Shown here piece after piece: positions 38,280 through 46,731 of a stretch of 50,526 nt of DNA. Under the pieces are notes generated by a model. That model searched no databases, was not told the origin of the DNA, and saw only the letters and a program-made list of their open reading frames with translations. The stretch is from an uncultured Rhizobium sp. (GTDB lineage Bacteria > Bacteroidota > Bacteroidia > NS11-12g > UBA955), in contig CAZBMF010000002.1 in NCBI GenBank assembly GCA_964492925.1, forward strand, positions 1 to 50,526. The letters are read 5' to 3'. The stretch's first letter is position 1; each line of letters opens with the position of its first letter. Both the position numbers and the translations under genes were made by a program.

Positions 38280-38287
38280 CAAATATA
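38280..38287 (-). promoter_or_regulatory. -7 promoter box TATATTTG for pirin-PCD (would imply a leaderless mRNA)
   Basis: plus caaatata; only 3 nt upstream of ATG 38276. Confidence 0.3.
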
Positions 38288-38300
38288 CAAAACGATTTTA

Positions 38301-38318
38301 AATTTGTTTAAACAAATT
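38301..38318. repeat. 18-bp perfect palindrome AATTTGTTTAAACAAATT
   Basis: read directly; every position pairs; its left 13 nt recur at 40745-40757; overlaps a plus-strand TAAATTTG box at 38299-38306. Confidence 0.7.
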
Positions 38319-38429
38319 ATGTAAATAATCTCAAAATTCGTTCAAATATGATCTAAAATCTAGTGAATTGAAGCTATGTTAATATGGGGGTATCAGAATT
38401 TTATTTCAATTTCAGCGTTATGATTTAAT

Positions 38430-39566
38430 ATGAACAAGTTGAAAGTTATTGTATTAGGCATATCTCTAATAATCTCAAATTTTGTGTTTTCACAGAATCA
38501 AACAGAGAGAAACAATGATAAAAACACCATTCAATTGGCATTGCTTCTGGACGTGAGTAACAGCATGGATGGACTTATCAATCAAGCTAAATCCGAGCTT
38601 TGGTCAATTGTGAACCAGGCCGCAACTGCATCAAAACTTGGAGAACAAACGGTGCTTGAAATTGCATTGTATGAATATGGCAAAAGCAGTTTGCCGAAAG
38701 AAAAGGGTTACATTAGAAAAGTACTCGATTTTACAACCGATTTAGATACCGTATCAAAGGCCTTGTTTGGTTTGAACACCAACGGTGGAGATGAATATTG
38801 TGGTCAAGTGATTCAAGAAAGCGTAGAAAATTTAATTTGGAGGGACAACGATAGCGTTTATAAAGTTGTGTTTATTGCTGGAAATGAAGAGTTTACACAA
38901 GGTACTTTGCACTACAAAACTGCTTGTGAAAAAGCAGTAAATAAACACGTTGTGATCAATACCATACACTGTGGCGATAGCGCTACTGGGGTTCGACATT
39001 TTTGGAAACAGGGTGCTTATTCCGGGAAGGGAAAATACTTTTATATCAATCAAAATGCTTCATTCATTGATTTCGACACCCCTTATGATAGCTTGATTTC
39101 AGCATATAACGACAGCTTGAACGCTACTTATGTTTACTATGGATCGAATGGGTTGGGCTATAAAACAAATCAAATTGCTCAAGATAAAAACAATAAAACA
39201 TTAGGTAAAAAAGCACATTTGGAAAGAGCCAAATCCAAATCAATGTCCAAAGCATATAAAAATGTACATTGGGATGCGGTAGATGCGTATGTTCAAGATT
39301 CAACTGCGGTAACCAAAATTTTCAAATCTGGAATTGACGGTACTTTGAAGGTAAAAGACACTGCGGAGTTGAAAAAATTGATTCTCGAAAAATCTCAAAA
39401 AAGGGCATATTATCAGGGTGAAATAAACCGTTTGAGCAATCTTAGAACTCAATTCATTGTGGAATTGCAGAAAGTGAAAAAATCGAAAGAATTAACATTG
39501 GGTGATGCCTTAACCATTGCGCTTAAATCACAGGCTGAAACTCTTGGATTTAAATTTTCAAAATAG
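38430..39566 (+). CDS. Secreted von Willebrand factor A (vWA) domain protein
   Basis: signal peptide; MIDAS motif LLLDVSNSMDG; C-terminal predicted coiled-coil. Confidence 0.8.
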   Translation: MNKLKVIVLGISLIISNFVFSQNQTERNNDKNTIQLALLLDVSNSMDGLINQAKSELWSIVNQAATASKLGEQTVLEIALYEYGKSSLPKEKGYIRKVLDFTTDLDTVSKALFGLNTNGGDEYCGQVIQESVENLIWRDNDSVYKVVFIAGNEEFTQGTLHYKTACEKAVNKHVVINTIHCGDSATGVRHFWKQGAYSGKGKYFYINQNASFIDFDTPYDSLISAYNDSLNATYVYYGSNGLGYKTNQIAQDKNNKTLGKKAHLERAKSKSMSKAYKNVHWDAVDAYVQDSTAVTKIFKSGIDGTLKVKDTAELKKLILEKSQKRAYYQGEINRLSNLRTQFIVELQKVKKSKELTLGDALTIALKSQAETLGFKFSK

Positions 39567-39577
39567 TGTCGAACGCG

Positions 39578-39585
39578 TATCTTTG
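39578..39585 (+). promoter_or_regulatory. -7 promoter box TATCTTTG for the kinase/DUF3037 pair
   Basis: perfect TAnnTTTG 14 nt upstream of ATG 39600, within the 33-nt gap after the vWA gene. Confidence 0.45.
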
Positions 39586-39599
39586 AACTTTATAGGTTC

Positions 39600-40388
39600 A
39601 TGATTTTTGAGGGACAAAATTTGCGCACAGTTCAGGTTACACGCTATGTAACTCCATTGAGAGAAGGCGGATCAATGCCCGCTTTGGCTGAAGCCGACGA
39701 TGGTTTTTTATATGTTTTGAAATTTAGAGGTGCAGGACAAGGCCCTAAAGTGCTGATTTCTGAACTCATTGGTGGTGAAATAGCGAGATTGTTGAAGCTT
39801 AGGGTTCCAGAATTGGTGTTTGCAGAGTTGAATGAAGCTTTCGGCAGAACCGAACCCGATGAGGAAATTCAGGATCTTTTAAAAGCGAGTACTGGACTTA
39901 ATTTGGCTTTGCATTTTTTATCAGGTGCCTTTGGTTTTGATCCTGTAGCCAATAAAGTGGATGCGCTGTTGGCATCAAAAATTGTGTGGTTGGATGCATT
40001 TTTAATGAATATGGACAGAACTGTCCGAAATACCAACCTGCTCATTTGGAACCAAGAACTTTGGCTCATAGATCATGGTGCAGCTTTGTATTTTCACCAT
40101 TCAGGACAACCTTGGGATGATAAATTCAACCATCCGTTTGAATTGGTAAAAAAGCATGTTTTGTATTACTATGCCACCAAAATGAATGAAGCCGATCAAT
40201 GGGCGAAACAATGTCTTACCGATGATAAAATAAATCAGGTTGTTTCCATGATTCCCGATGAATGGATCTCTTCTGATTTAATTTACCCTTCAGTTGAAGA
40301 TCAGAGAGCGGCATATGCCAATTTTTTAAAAAATAGATTACAATCATCTCAATCATTTATTCAATCTATTCCTCATGGCACAAAATAA
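39600..40388 (+). CDS. HipA-like (PI3/4-kinase-fold) protein kinase
   Basis: 262 aa; catalytic-loop-like NMDRTVRNTN and Mg-binding-like WLIDHGAAL; N-terminal YVLKFRGAGQGPK. Confidence 0.75.
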   Translation: MIFEGQNLRTVQVTRYVTPLREGGSMPALAEADDGFLYVLKFRGAGQGPKVLISELIGGEIARLLKLRVPELVFAELNEAFGRTEPDEEIQDLLKASTGLNLALHFLSGAFGFDPVANKVDALLASKIVWLDAFLMNMDRTVRNTNLLIWNQELWLIDHGAALYFHHSGQPWDDKFNHPFELVKKHVLYYYATKMNEADQWAKQCLTDDKINQVVSMIPDEWISSDLIYPSVEDQRAAYANFLKNRLQSSQSFIQSIPHGTK

Positions 40389-40755
40389 GGTTTTTGAATA
40401 TGCGGTGATTCGATTGGTTCCAATAGTGGAACGAGAGGAGTTTTTAAATATTGGCGTAGTTTTATTTTGTAAAGAACTTGATTACATCAATGTAAAATTC
40501 CATTTGAACATACCAAAAATAGAGGTCTTTGCACCACAAGTTGAACTTAATTTGTTGCAAGATTATTTGAAATCATTCGAAAATATTGTTCTTGGAAATG
40601 ATTCCGGTGGTGAAATAGCTACCTATATTCCTGCTGAAAGATTTAGGTGGTTAACTGCTACTAGAAGCACAATTTTACAATGCTCCAAAGTCCATCCTGG
40701 ATTTTGTGATGATCCGGAAGTTAAGTTAAATCAATTGTTTACAGAATTTGTTTAA
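40375..40755 (+). CDS. DUF3037-family protein
   Basis: 126 aa; hallmark N-terminus FEYAVIRLVPIVEREEFLNIGVVLFC; the start overlaps the kinase gene by 14 nt. Confidence 0.75.
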   Translation: MAQNKVFEYAVIRLVPIVEREEFLNIGVVLFCKELDYINVKFHLNIPKIEVFAPQVELNLLQDYLKSFENIVLGNDSGGEIATYIPAERFRWLTATRSTILQCSKVHPGFCDDPEVKLNQLFTEFV

Positions 40756-40778
40756 ACCTATTGTTTAAACATCAAATT
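40745..40778. repeat. Imperfect inverted repeat containing two GTTTAAAC cores, spanning both convergent stop codons
   Basis: aatttGTTTAAAC ctatt GTTTAAAC atc aaatt; 40745-40757 is identical to 38301-38313. Confidence 0.6.
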
Positions 40779-41217
40779 GTCTTAAATGATGATCTAGGTG
40801 TTTATATAGCATGTTGTTCCACTCAACTGCAGTAAGTTTCCCCAAGGTGCTGTGAGATTTTCCTTCAAAATAATCAGCCCCCAATTCATGAGTTTTTTGG
40901 ATAAGGCTGATTAACTCATTTTTTGTTTCTTCAATGTCGGGCGAATTGGCAATGATGAAATTTGGTGCTGTTGGCAAATTTTCTTTGTACGGAGTTTCAT
41001 TGATCATTGACTGTTTGAAGAAAATTCTGACCATTGTTCTCATCAAAAATGGCGCTTTAGGGGCGTCTTCATTGAATATTTGAACGTATGGAATGGTGCA
41101 ATGCTTCAGCATTTGTGAAACATTCATTTTCCCCCAATGAGCTGTAGATTCTTTGGTTAATTTTTGAATTCTATTGATTAGAATATTGATTTCATTGCTA
41201 TCAAAGCATTTTAACAT
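40765..41217 (-). CDS. DinB-superfamily protein (DUF1569-like)
   Basis: 150 aa; HWGKMNVSQMLKH and C-terminal HLDHHLRQF His motifs. Confidence 0.75.
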   Translation of the reverse strand: MLKCFDSNEINILINRIQKLTKESTAHWGKMNVSQMLKHCTIPYVQIFNEDAPKAPFLMRTMVRIFFKQSMINETPYKENLPTAPNFIIANSPDIEETKNELISLIQKTHELGADYFEGKSHSTLGKLTAVEWNNMLYKHLDHHLRQFDV

Positions 41218-41221
41218 GTCT

Positions 41222-41229
41222 CAAATTTA
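41222..41229 (-). promoter_or_regulatory. -7 promoter box TAAATTTG for the DinB-like gene
   Basis: plus caaattta; 4 nt upstream of ATG 41217. Confidence 0.35.
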
Positions 41230-41238
41230 ATTAAAAAC

Positions 41239-41246
41239 TATATTTG
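41239..41246 (+). promoter_or_regulatory. -7 promoter box TATATTTG for the ChaN-like gene and probably the downstream moa genes
   Basis: perfect TAnnTTTG 4 nt upstream of ATG 41251; no box in the 22-nt gap before moaA. Confidence 0.4.
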
Positions 41247-41250
41247 TACT

Positions 41251-42345
41251 ATGATGAAGTTTAAAAATTGCCGATACATCGCTCTTTTATGTCTGAATTT
41301 TGCATTTTTAACAGCCAACGCTCAAGAAAAAAAGGTGCCCACCAAGGATGTAACAGCCTTTCAAATTTATACTTCTAATGGAAAGAAAATTACCTACGAA
41401 AAATTAGTGAATCAGTTGCTTAAAGCGCAGTCCAGCAAACCAATGGAATCCAATGTGATCTTGTTTGGCGAACTTCATGATAATCCAATTTCTCATTGGT
41501 TGGAATTACAATTAACACAAGATATTTACCAGTTTAATGCTAAAATGGTTTTGGGTGCTGAAATGTTTGAAACAGATCAACAATTTGCCGTAAATGAATA
41601 TTTGAATCCTACAAAAGACACTGTTGCAAAAAAGTCTGTAACCCCAATGGGAATGATGACAGGCCAAGATCCATCCTATACTAAATTGAAAAAATCTGTC
41701 AAACTTTGGAACAATTTTGCAACTGACTATCAACCTTTGGTTGATTTTTCGAGAGACAATCATCTGCCATTTGTGGCAACCAATATTCCACGCAGATATG
41801 CGTCTTTGGTTTATAGAAAAGGAATTGCAGCCTTATATGCCACGGCAGAGAATTATGCTTCTAATGCAGGAAATGCAAATTCTGTGATCAATTTCTCTCA
41901 AAAAGTTAATCCTTCTTGCGATACTGGTATTTTGAGCAATGCCTATTTGAACAACCATTATCCAAGCACTTTTCTCTATGATTCTACACTTAAATGTTAC
42001 CGAGATATTTTCAATATGGCAGGAGGTCACGGAGGACAAAATTTGCCAATGAGTCAGGCCATTAAAGATGCCACAATGGCCAAAAACATTTACGCAAATT
42101 TATTGAACCAAGGTGGTATTTACATTCACTACAACGGAAGTTATCACAGTGATAACCATCAAAGTATTGAGTGGTATTTGAAAATGTATTTGAATGCACG
42201 CGAGCGAAAAGACATTGAAAATTTTACCATCAAAACCATTTCTACTAGAACCCAAGCCAATGTAAGTCAACTGGATAAGGAAAATTATGAAATTGCGGAC
42301 TACATCATTGTTGTTCCTGAAAATATGACAAGAACGTATAAGTAA
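41251..42345 (+). CDS. ChaN-like (haem-binding uptake/Tiki superfamily, DUF399) secreted protein
   Basis: signal peptide; ILFGELHDNPISHW (GExH) motif typical of ChaN/Tiki/erythromycin-esterase-like proteins. Confidence 0.65.
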   Translation: MMKFKNCRYIALLCLNFAFLTANAQEKKVPTKDVTAFQIYTSNGKKITYEKLVNQLLKAQSSKPMESNVILFGELHDNPISHWLELQLTQDIYQFNAKMVLGAEMFETDQQFAVNEYLNPTKDTVAKKSVTPMGMMTGQDPSYTKLKKSVKLWNNFATDYQPLVDFSRDNHLPFVATNIPRRYASLVYRKGIAALYATAENYASNAGNANSVINFSQKVNPSCDTGILSNAYLNNHYPSTFLYDSTLKCYRDIFNMAGGHGGQNLPMSQAIKDATMAKNIYANLLNQGGIYIHYNGSYHSDNHQSIEWYLKMYLNARERKDIENFTIKTISTRTQANVSQLDKENYEIADYIIVVPENMTRTYK

Positions 42346-42367
42346 AAGCATCAAAATCACATAAAAC

Positions 42368-43348
42368 ATGCTTTACGATTCCTTTCATCGAATCCATAAT
42401 TATTTGAGAATTTCTCTCACCGATCAGTGTAATTTTCGTTGCACTTATTGTATGCCAGAGGAGAATTTTCCTTGCCATGCTGGTGAAGAATTGATGTCTC
42501 CCATTGAGATTGAGCAAATTACAGCTGAATTTGTAAAACTTGGCATTCAAAAAGTGAGACTCACAGGCGGGGAACCCCTTATGCGTAAAGATTTTGCTGA
42601 TATTTTGAATCGGTTGGCAAAATTTCCAATAGATTTAACCATTACAACCAATGCTGTTCTAGTTGATAAGTATATAAATGAGCTGAAAAAAGCCAATGTC
42701 AAAACGGTTAATGTGAGCATCGATTCTTTGAAAGAAGATGTCTTTTTTCAAATTACCAAAAGAAACCAATTTCAACGGGTTTGGAACAATATTTTGTTGT
42801 TGCTGGAAAACCAATTTGAGGTTAAGCTAAACGTGGTTGCACTAAAGGGTCATATTGAATCAGAGTTTTTTGACTTTATCAATTTAACCAAAGATTTAAG
42901 ATTGGAAGTTAGGTTCATTGAATTCATGCCGTTTAGTGGAAATGGTTGGGACAGTTCCAAAGTTGTAACTGCTAGCGACATGCTTTTTTGGGCTCAACAG
43001 TCGGTATCCCTCATGAAAATGGAAGATTTACCGCATGCTACAACTAAAAAGTATAGAATTGAGGGACATTTGGGCAGCATTGCATTTATCACCACAATGT
43101 CGAGCCACTTTTGTGGCGATTGCAACAGATTGAGACTTACAGCTGAAGGGAAAATGAAAAATTGTTTGTTTGGCCGTGAAGAAACAGATTTGCTTTCTGC
43201 ATTAAGAGCAAATGAGCCTCTTCAACCATTGATTGAAAAGTCGGTTTCGCGCAAATTTCAGACCTTGGGTGGTCAACTTGTGTCTGATTTTCACAAAATT
43301 GATGCAAATGCCATCGAAAATAGAAGTATGATTGAAATTGGAGGATAA
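42368..43348 (+). CDS. moaA: GTP 3',8-cyclase (radical SAM)
   Basis: CNFRCTYC radical-SAM cluster, C-terminal CGDCNRLRLT cluster, terminal GG. Confidence 0.95.
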   Translation: MLYDSFHRIHNYLRISLTDQCNFRCTYCMPEENFPCHAGEELMSPIEIEQITAEFVKLGIQKVRLTGGEPLMRKDFADILNRLAKFPIDLTITTNAVLVDKYINELKKANVKTVNVSIDSLKEDVFFQITKRNQFQRVWNNILLLLENQFEVKLNVVALKGHIESEFFDFINLTKDLRLEVRFIEFMPFSGNGWDSSKVVTASDMLFWAQQSVSLMKMEDLPHATTKKYRIEGHLGSIAFITTMSSHFCGDCNRLRLTAEGKMKNCLFGREETDLLSALRANEPLQPLIEKSVSRKFQTLGGQLVSDFHKIDANAIENRSMIEIGG

Positions 43349-44530
43349 ATGATATCGGTAAAGGAAGCAAGGGAAATTTTAATATCAAATTCTAAGCCCA
43401 TTCACACAGAAGAAGTTGATTTGTTGGATGGATTGGGGAGGATTTTGGCCATTGATATTTTTTCCAAAATGAATGTGCCCAGCTTTAACAATTCGGCTAT
43501 GGATGGATATTGTTTTCAGTGGAAAGAAGGGCAAAATCGTTATAAAATTCAGGGTCAGATTCAGGCTGGTGATACAGCTTCATATTCTGTAAATGAAGGA
43601 TGTTGTTATAGAATCTACACCGGCGCAATGATGCCTGAAGGCGCGAATACCGTTGTTCAACAAGAATGGGTGACCGTTGAAAACAATGAAATTGTTTTTG
43701 ATGCGTCTAAAATTGAAATGGGTGCGAATGTTCGTTTGGAGGCCACTCAATCTAAAATTGGCGATGTCATTGCCCAAAAAGGCATTAAAATAAATCCTTC
43801 TTTGATTGGGTTGTTGGCTTCAGTTGGGGTTTCTAAGGTTTCAGTTTTTGCGAAACCTAAGGTATCAATTGTAATAACCGGCGATGAATTGGTGGAATTG
43901 GGTGAGGAACTTCAAAAAGGACAAATTTACAACTCTAATGAATATTCATTGAAAGCGTTGTTGTTTGCGATGGGCATAACACAAATTAATGTTTTCAGAG
44001 CAGCTGACACCTTAGAAAGCGTAAAAAACGCCATTCAATTAGCTAAAAACAACGCAGATACTGTTATAGTAACAGGTGGAATTTCTGTGGGTGATTTTGA
44101 TTTTGTAAAGCAGGCCATGTTGGATTTGGAAATTGTTGAATTGTTTTATAAAATTAAACAAAAGCCGGGTAAACCTTTGTGGGTAGGAAGGCACTTGGAT
44201 CAATGGTTTTTTGCCCTTCCAGGTAATCCAGCTGCCGTTGTTACCTGCTTTAATCAGTATGTGAAGCCGGTTTTGGGCATGCTTACCGGAAATCAACATT
44301 CATTTGAGCCATTTGCCACATTGCCATGTGTCAATGAATTTAAGAAAAAACCGGGTTTAACGCATTTTTTAAAAGGATATTATACTCAAAAAGATGTTAC
44401 AATTTTAACCGCTCAAGAGTCATTCAACATGGAATCATTTAACAGAGCCAATTGTATTGTTGAGATTCCTGAAAATGTTGATCATGTTGTTGTAAATTCG
44501 TCATTACTTGTGTATCCATTGCCAGATTAA
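43349..44530 (+). CDS. moeA: Molybdopterin molybdenumtransferase
   Basis: 393 aa; NSAMDGY, YRIYTGAMMPEGA and VIVTGGISVGDFD motifs. Confidence 0.9.
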   Translation: MISVKEAREILISNSKPIHTEEVDLLDGLGRILAIDIFSKMNVPSFNNSAMDGYCFQWKEGQNRYKIQGQIQAGDTASYSVNEGCCYRIYTGAMMPEGANTVVQQEWVTVENNEIVFDASKIEMGANVRLEATQSKIGDVIAQKGIKINPSLIGLLASVGVSKVSVFAKPKVSIVITGDELVELGEELQKGQIYNSNEYSLKALLFAMGITQINVFRAADTLESVKNAIQLAKNNADTVIVTGGISVGDFDFVKQAMLDLEIVELFYKIKQKPGKPLWVGRHLDQWFFALPGNPAAVVTCFNQYVKPVLGMLTGNQHSFEPFATLPCVNEFKKKPGLTHFLKGYYTQKDVTILTAQESFNMESFNRANCIVEIPENVDHVVVNSSLLVYPLPD

Positions 44531-44534
44531 TTGT

Positions 44535-45281
44535 ATGGAAATTTCGATTTGGGTTGTTGTATTTATTCCGATTATTGCATTTTTATATGCAAGTGTAGGT
44601 CATGGTGGAGCAAGTAGTTATATTTCATTACTTACACTAATTGGTTATACAAATACAATTGTAAAACCAACAGCTTTAGTGATCAATATTCTCATTTCTA
44701 TGTTGGCGTTCATCATGTATTTTAGGCAGGTTGAATTTCCATGGAAATTATTTTTATGGTTGATTATTTTTTCAATTCCCGCTTCATACATCGGGGCAAA
44801 AATTGATGTCAATCCAATTTTATATAGAAGAATATTGGGGATTTTGTTGCTGTTTCCAGTTGCCAGATTTTTAAATATTTTTCCAGTTTCCGATGTAAAA
44901 CAAATCAATAAAAATGTTTTCATATTGGCTATTTTGGGCTTGATTATTGGATTTGTTTCTGGGTTAATTGGCATTGGCGGTGGAATCATTTTGTCACCAG
45001 TTTTGTTGATGTTGGGTTGGACAAATTTAAAGGAGACATCGGCGGTGAGCGCGTTGTTTATTTTCATGAATTCAATTTCCGGGTTGTATTCAATGTCTGA
45101 TAACAACCCTTTGTTTAATACGGTTGTACTCCTAAATTCTACAGTTTTAATTTTAGTTTCCTTGGCCATTGTGGGTGGCTTGCTAGGAGCTTACCTCGGT
45201 GCCAATAAGTTTCAGCCAAAAATTCTTAAGAGTATTTTAACAGTTGTGCTTCTCATTGCGGCAATTAAACTCATAATTTGA
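44535..45281 (+). CDS. TauE/SafE (TSUP) family anion transporter embedded in the moa operon
   Basis: about 248 aa from MEISIWVV; 7-8 TM helices with an internal repeat (GHGGASS / GIGGGIILSP); the ORF-track start 44508 overlaps moeA. Confidence 0.8.
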   Translation: MEISIWVVVFIPIIAFLYASVGHGGASSYISLLTLIGYTNTIVKPTALVINILISMLAFIMYFRQVEFPWKLFLWLIIFSIPASYIGAKIDVNPILYRRILGILLLFPVARFLNIFPVSDVKQINKNVFILAILGLIIGFVSGLIGIGGGIILSPVLLMLGWTNLKETSAVSALFIFMNSISGLYSMSDNNPLFNTVVLLNSTVLILVSLAIVGGLLGAYLGANKFQPKILKSILTVVLLIAAIKLII

Positions 45282-45292
45282 GTTTTCTTTCT

Positions 45293-45300
45293 TAATTTTG
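45293..45300 (+). promoter_or_regulatory. Internal -7 promoter box TAATTTTG ahead of moaD
   Basis: perfect TAnnTTTG 8 nt upstream of ATG 45309. Confidence 0.4.
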
Positions 45301-45308
45301 AGGGACAG

Positions 45309-45545
45309 ATGACGCAAATAACAATTAGATGTTTCGGAATGTTGTGCGAAGTGTTGGGCAATGATTCCATTGTGGTTCCTTTTGCACCAAACACTGATGG
45401 GTTGTTGACAGATCTGAAACAACGTTTTCCCAGGTTGAATAACCTTACTTTTAGTGTTGCGGTGAACAAAAAGATTGTTACTGAACCTGTCCTGCTGCAG
45501 GTTGGTGATGAAATTGCACTTCTGCCTCCGTTTTCAGGAGGATAA
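45309..45545 (+). CDS. moaD: Molybdopterin synthase sulfur-carrier subunit
   Basis: 78 aa, ubiquitin-like size, C-terminal ...PPFSGG di-glycine. Confidence 0.9.
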   Translation: MTQITIRCFGMLCEVLGNDSIVVPFAPNTDGLLTDLKQRFPRLNNLTFSVAVNKKIVTEPVLLQVGDEIALLPPFSGG

Positions 45546-45556
45546 TGTAGAAAAAC

Positions 45557-46273
45557 ATGAATCGTTTTGCCAATCAATGTAGTTTAAAAGGTTTTGGAAT
45601 TTTGGAGCAACAAAAACTTCAAAAGGCTTCTGTTTTGGTGATTGGTGTTGGCGGATTGGGTTGCCCGTTTCTGCAAACTTTATGTGCTTCCGGTGTTGGA
45701 AGAATCGGAATTGTTGATGGTGATGTAGTGAGTATTTCTAATTTAAATCGCCAAATTTTGTTTGGAATAAATGATGTAGGAAAGAAAAAAACCACGCTGG
45801 CAAAAAACAAACTCAGTGAAATGTATGATGATTTAAAAATTGACGAGTTTGACTTTTTTTTGAATGAGGAAAATAGTGAAGGTTTGTGCTTAAATTATGA
45901 TGTTATTGTAGATTGTACCGACAATTTTAAAACCCGGTATTTGATTAGTGATGTTTGTAAAAAATTACAAAAACCCTTAATTATGGGTGCGGTGTATGAA
46001 TATGAGGCGCAAATTTTTGTATTCACTTCGGAACAATTGTTTAAAGTGTCAAATTATTACAGGGACGTATTTCCTGATGCTCCAAAACCCAACGAAGTGC
46101 CAACATGTGTAGAATCAGGCGTTTTAGGTGCTTTAACAGGAATTGTTGGCAATATTATGTCGTTTGAATGTATTCAATACTTTGTTTCAGTAGTGTCAGA
46201 TAACAAATTGATAAATTATAACTTAAAAAAAGGAGAAATGTATAATTTATCTATAGTTCCTAGGGGGATTTAA
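45557..46273 (+). CDS. moeB: Molybdopterin-synthase adenylyltransferase (ThiF/MoeB/HesA family), no rhodanese domain
   Basis: 238 aa; VLVIGVGGLGCP nucleotide-binding loop, NLNRQ motif. Confidence 0.85.
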   Translation: MNRFANQCSLKGFGILEQQKLQKASVLVIGVGGLGCPFLQTLCASGVGRIGIVDGDVVSISNLNRQILFGINDVGKKKTTLAKNKLSEMYDDLKIDEFDFFLNEENSEGLCLNYDVIVDCTDNFKTRYLISDVCKKLQKPLIMGAVYEYEAQIFVFTSEQLFKVSNYYRDVFPDAPKPNEVPTCVESGVLGALTGIVGNIMSFECIQYFVSVVSDNKLINYNLKKGEMYNLSIVPRGI

Positions 46274-46284
46274 TGTAAACACAA

Positions 46285-46731
46285 ATGGAAAAGAAAATGA
46301 AAAATATATTTGTTGATGGACCAATTTCTGCTGAAAAAATTGCGCATTCAATACAAAGTCATGGAGTAAAGAAGGAAATTGGTGCCCATAGTATTTTTTT
46401 GGGGCAGGTAAGAGAAGATGAATTAGAAAATGGTAAGGTTGTAGCCATAGAATATACGGCTTATATGGACATGGCTTTGGAGAAATGCCATGAAATTAGG
46501 GAGTCTATTTTTGAAAAATATCCCCTCACTTGCATGCATATTTACCACAGCTTAGGAACAATAAAAGTGGGTGAAATTTGTCTGTTTGTATTTACATCGT
46601 CAAAACACCGCAAAGCGGCCATAGATGCTTGTAATGAGCTGGTTGAAAGAATTAAATCTGAGCTTCCTATTTGGGGTAAAGAACTTTTAGATAATGAAGG
46701 AAGCGTTTGGAAGGAGAATTTACCAAAATGA
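46285..46731 (+). CDS. moaE: Molybdopterin synthase catalytic subunit
   Basis: 148 aa; GAHSIFLGQVR..., SSKHRKAA, PIWGKE motifs. Confidence 0.9.
   Translation: MEKKMKNIFVDGPISAEKIAHSIQSHGVKKEIGAHSIFLGQVREDELENGKVVAIEYTAYMDMALEKCHEIRESIFEKYPLTCMHIYHSLGTIKVGEICLFVFTSSKHRKAAIDACNELVERIKSELPIWGKELLDNEGSVWKENLPK

Noticed and set aside
35553-41217. Possible genomic island integrated at tRNA-Arg (accessory-looking genes downstream: lipoprotein, hypothetical, pirin, vWA, kinase/DUF3037, DinB)
   Set aside because: There is no integrase, excisionase or transposase, and I saw no repeat of the tRNA 3' end downstream. The only bracketing repeats (38301/40745) are internal and unrelated to the tRNA. A genome-wide search for the tRNA 3' 20-mer would settle this.
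42346-42367. Looked for a Moco riboswitch upstream of moaA (and upstream of mobA at 19359-19425)
   Set aside because: The gaps are only 22 and 67 nt, too short for the roughly 130-nt Moco RNA motif, and no conserved stem architecture is visible.
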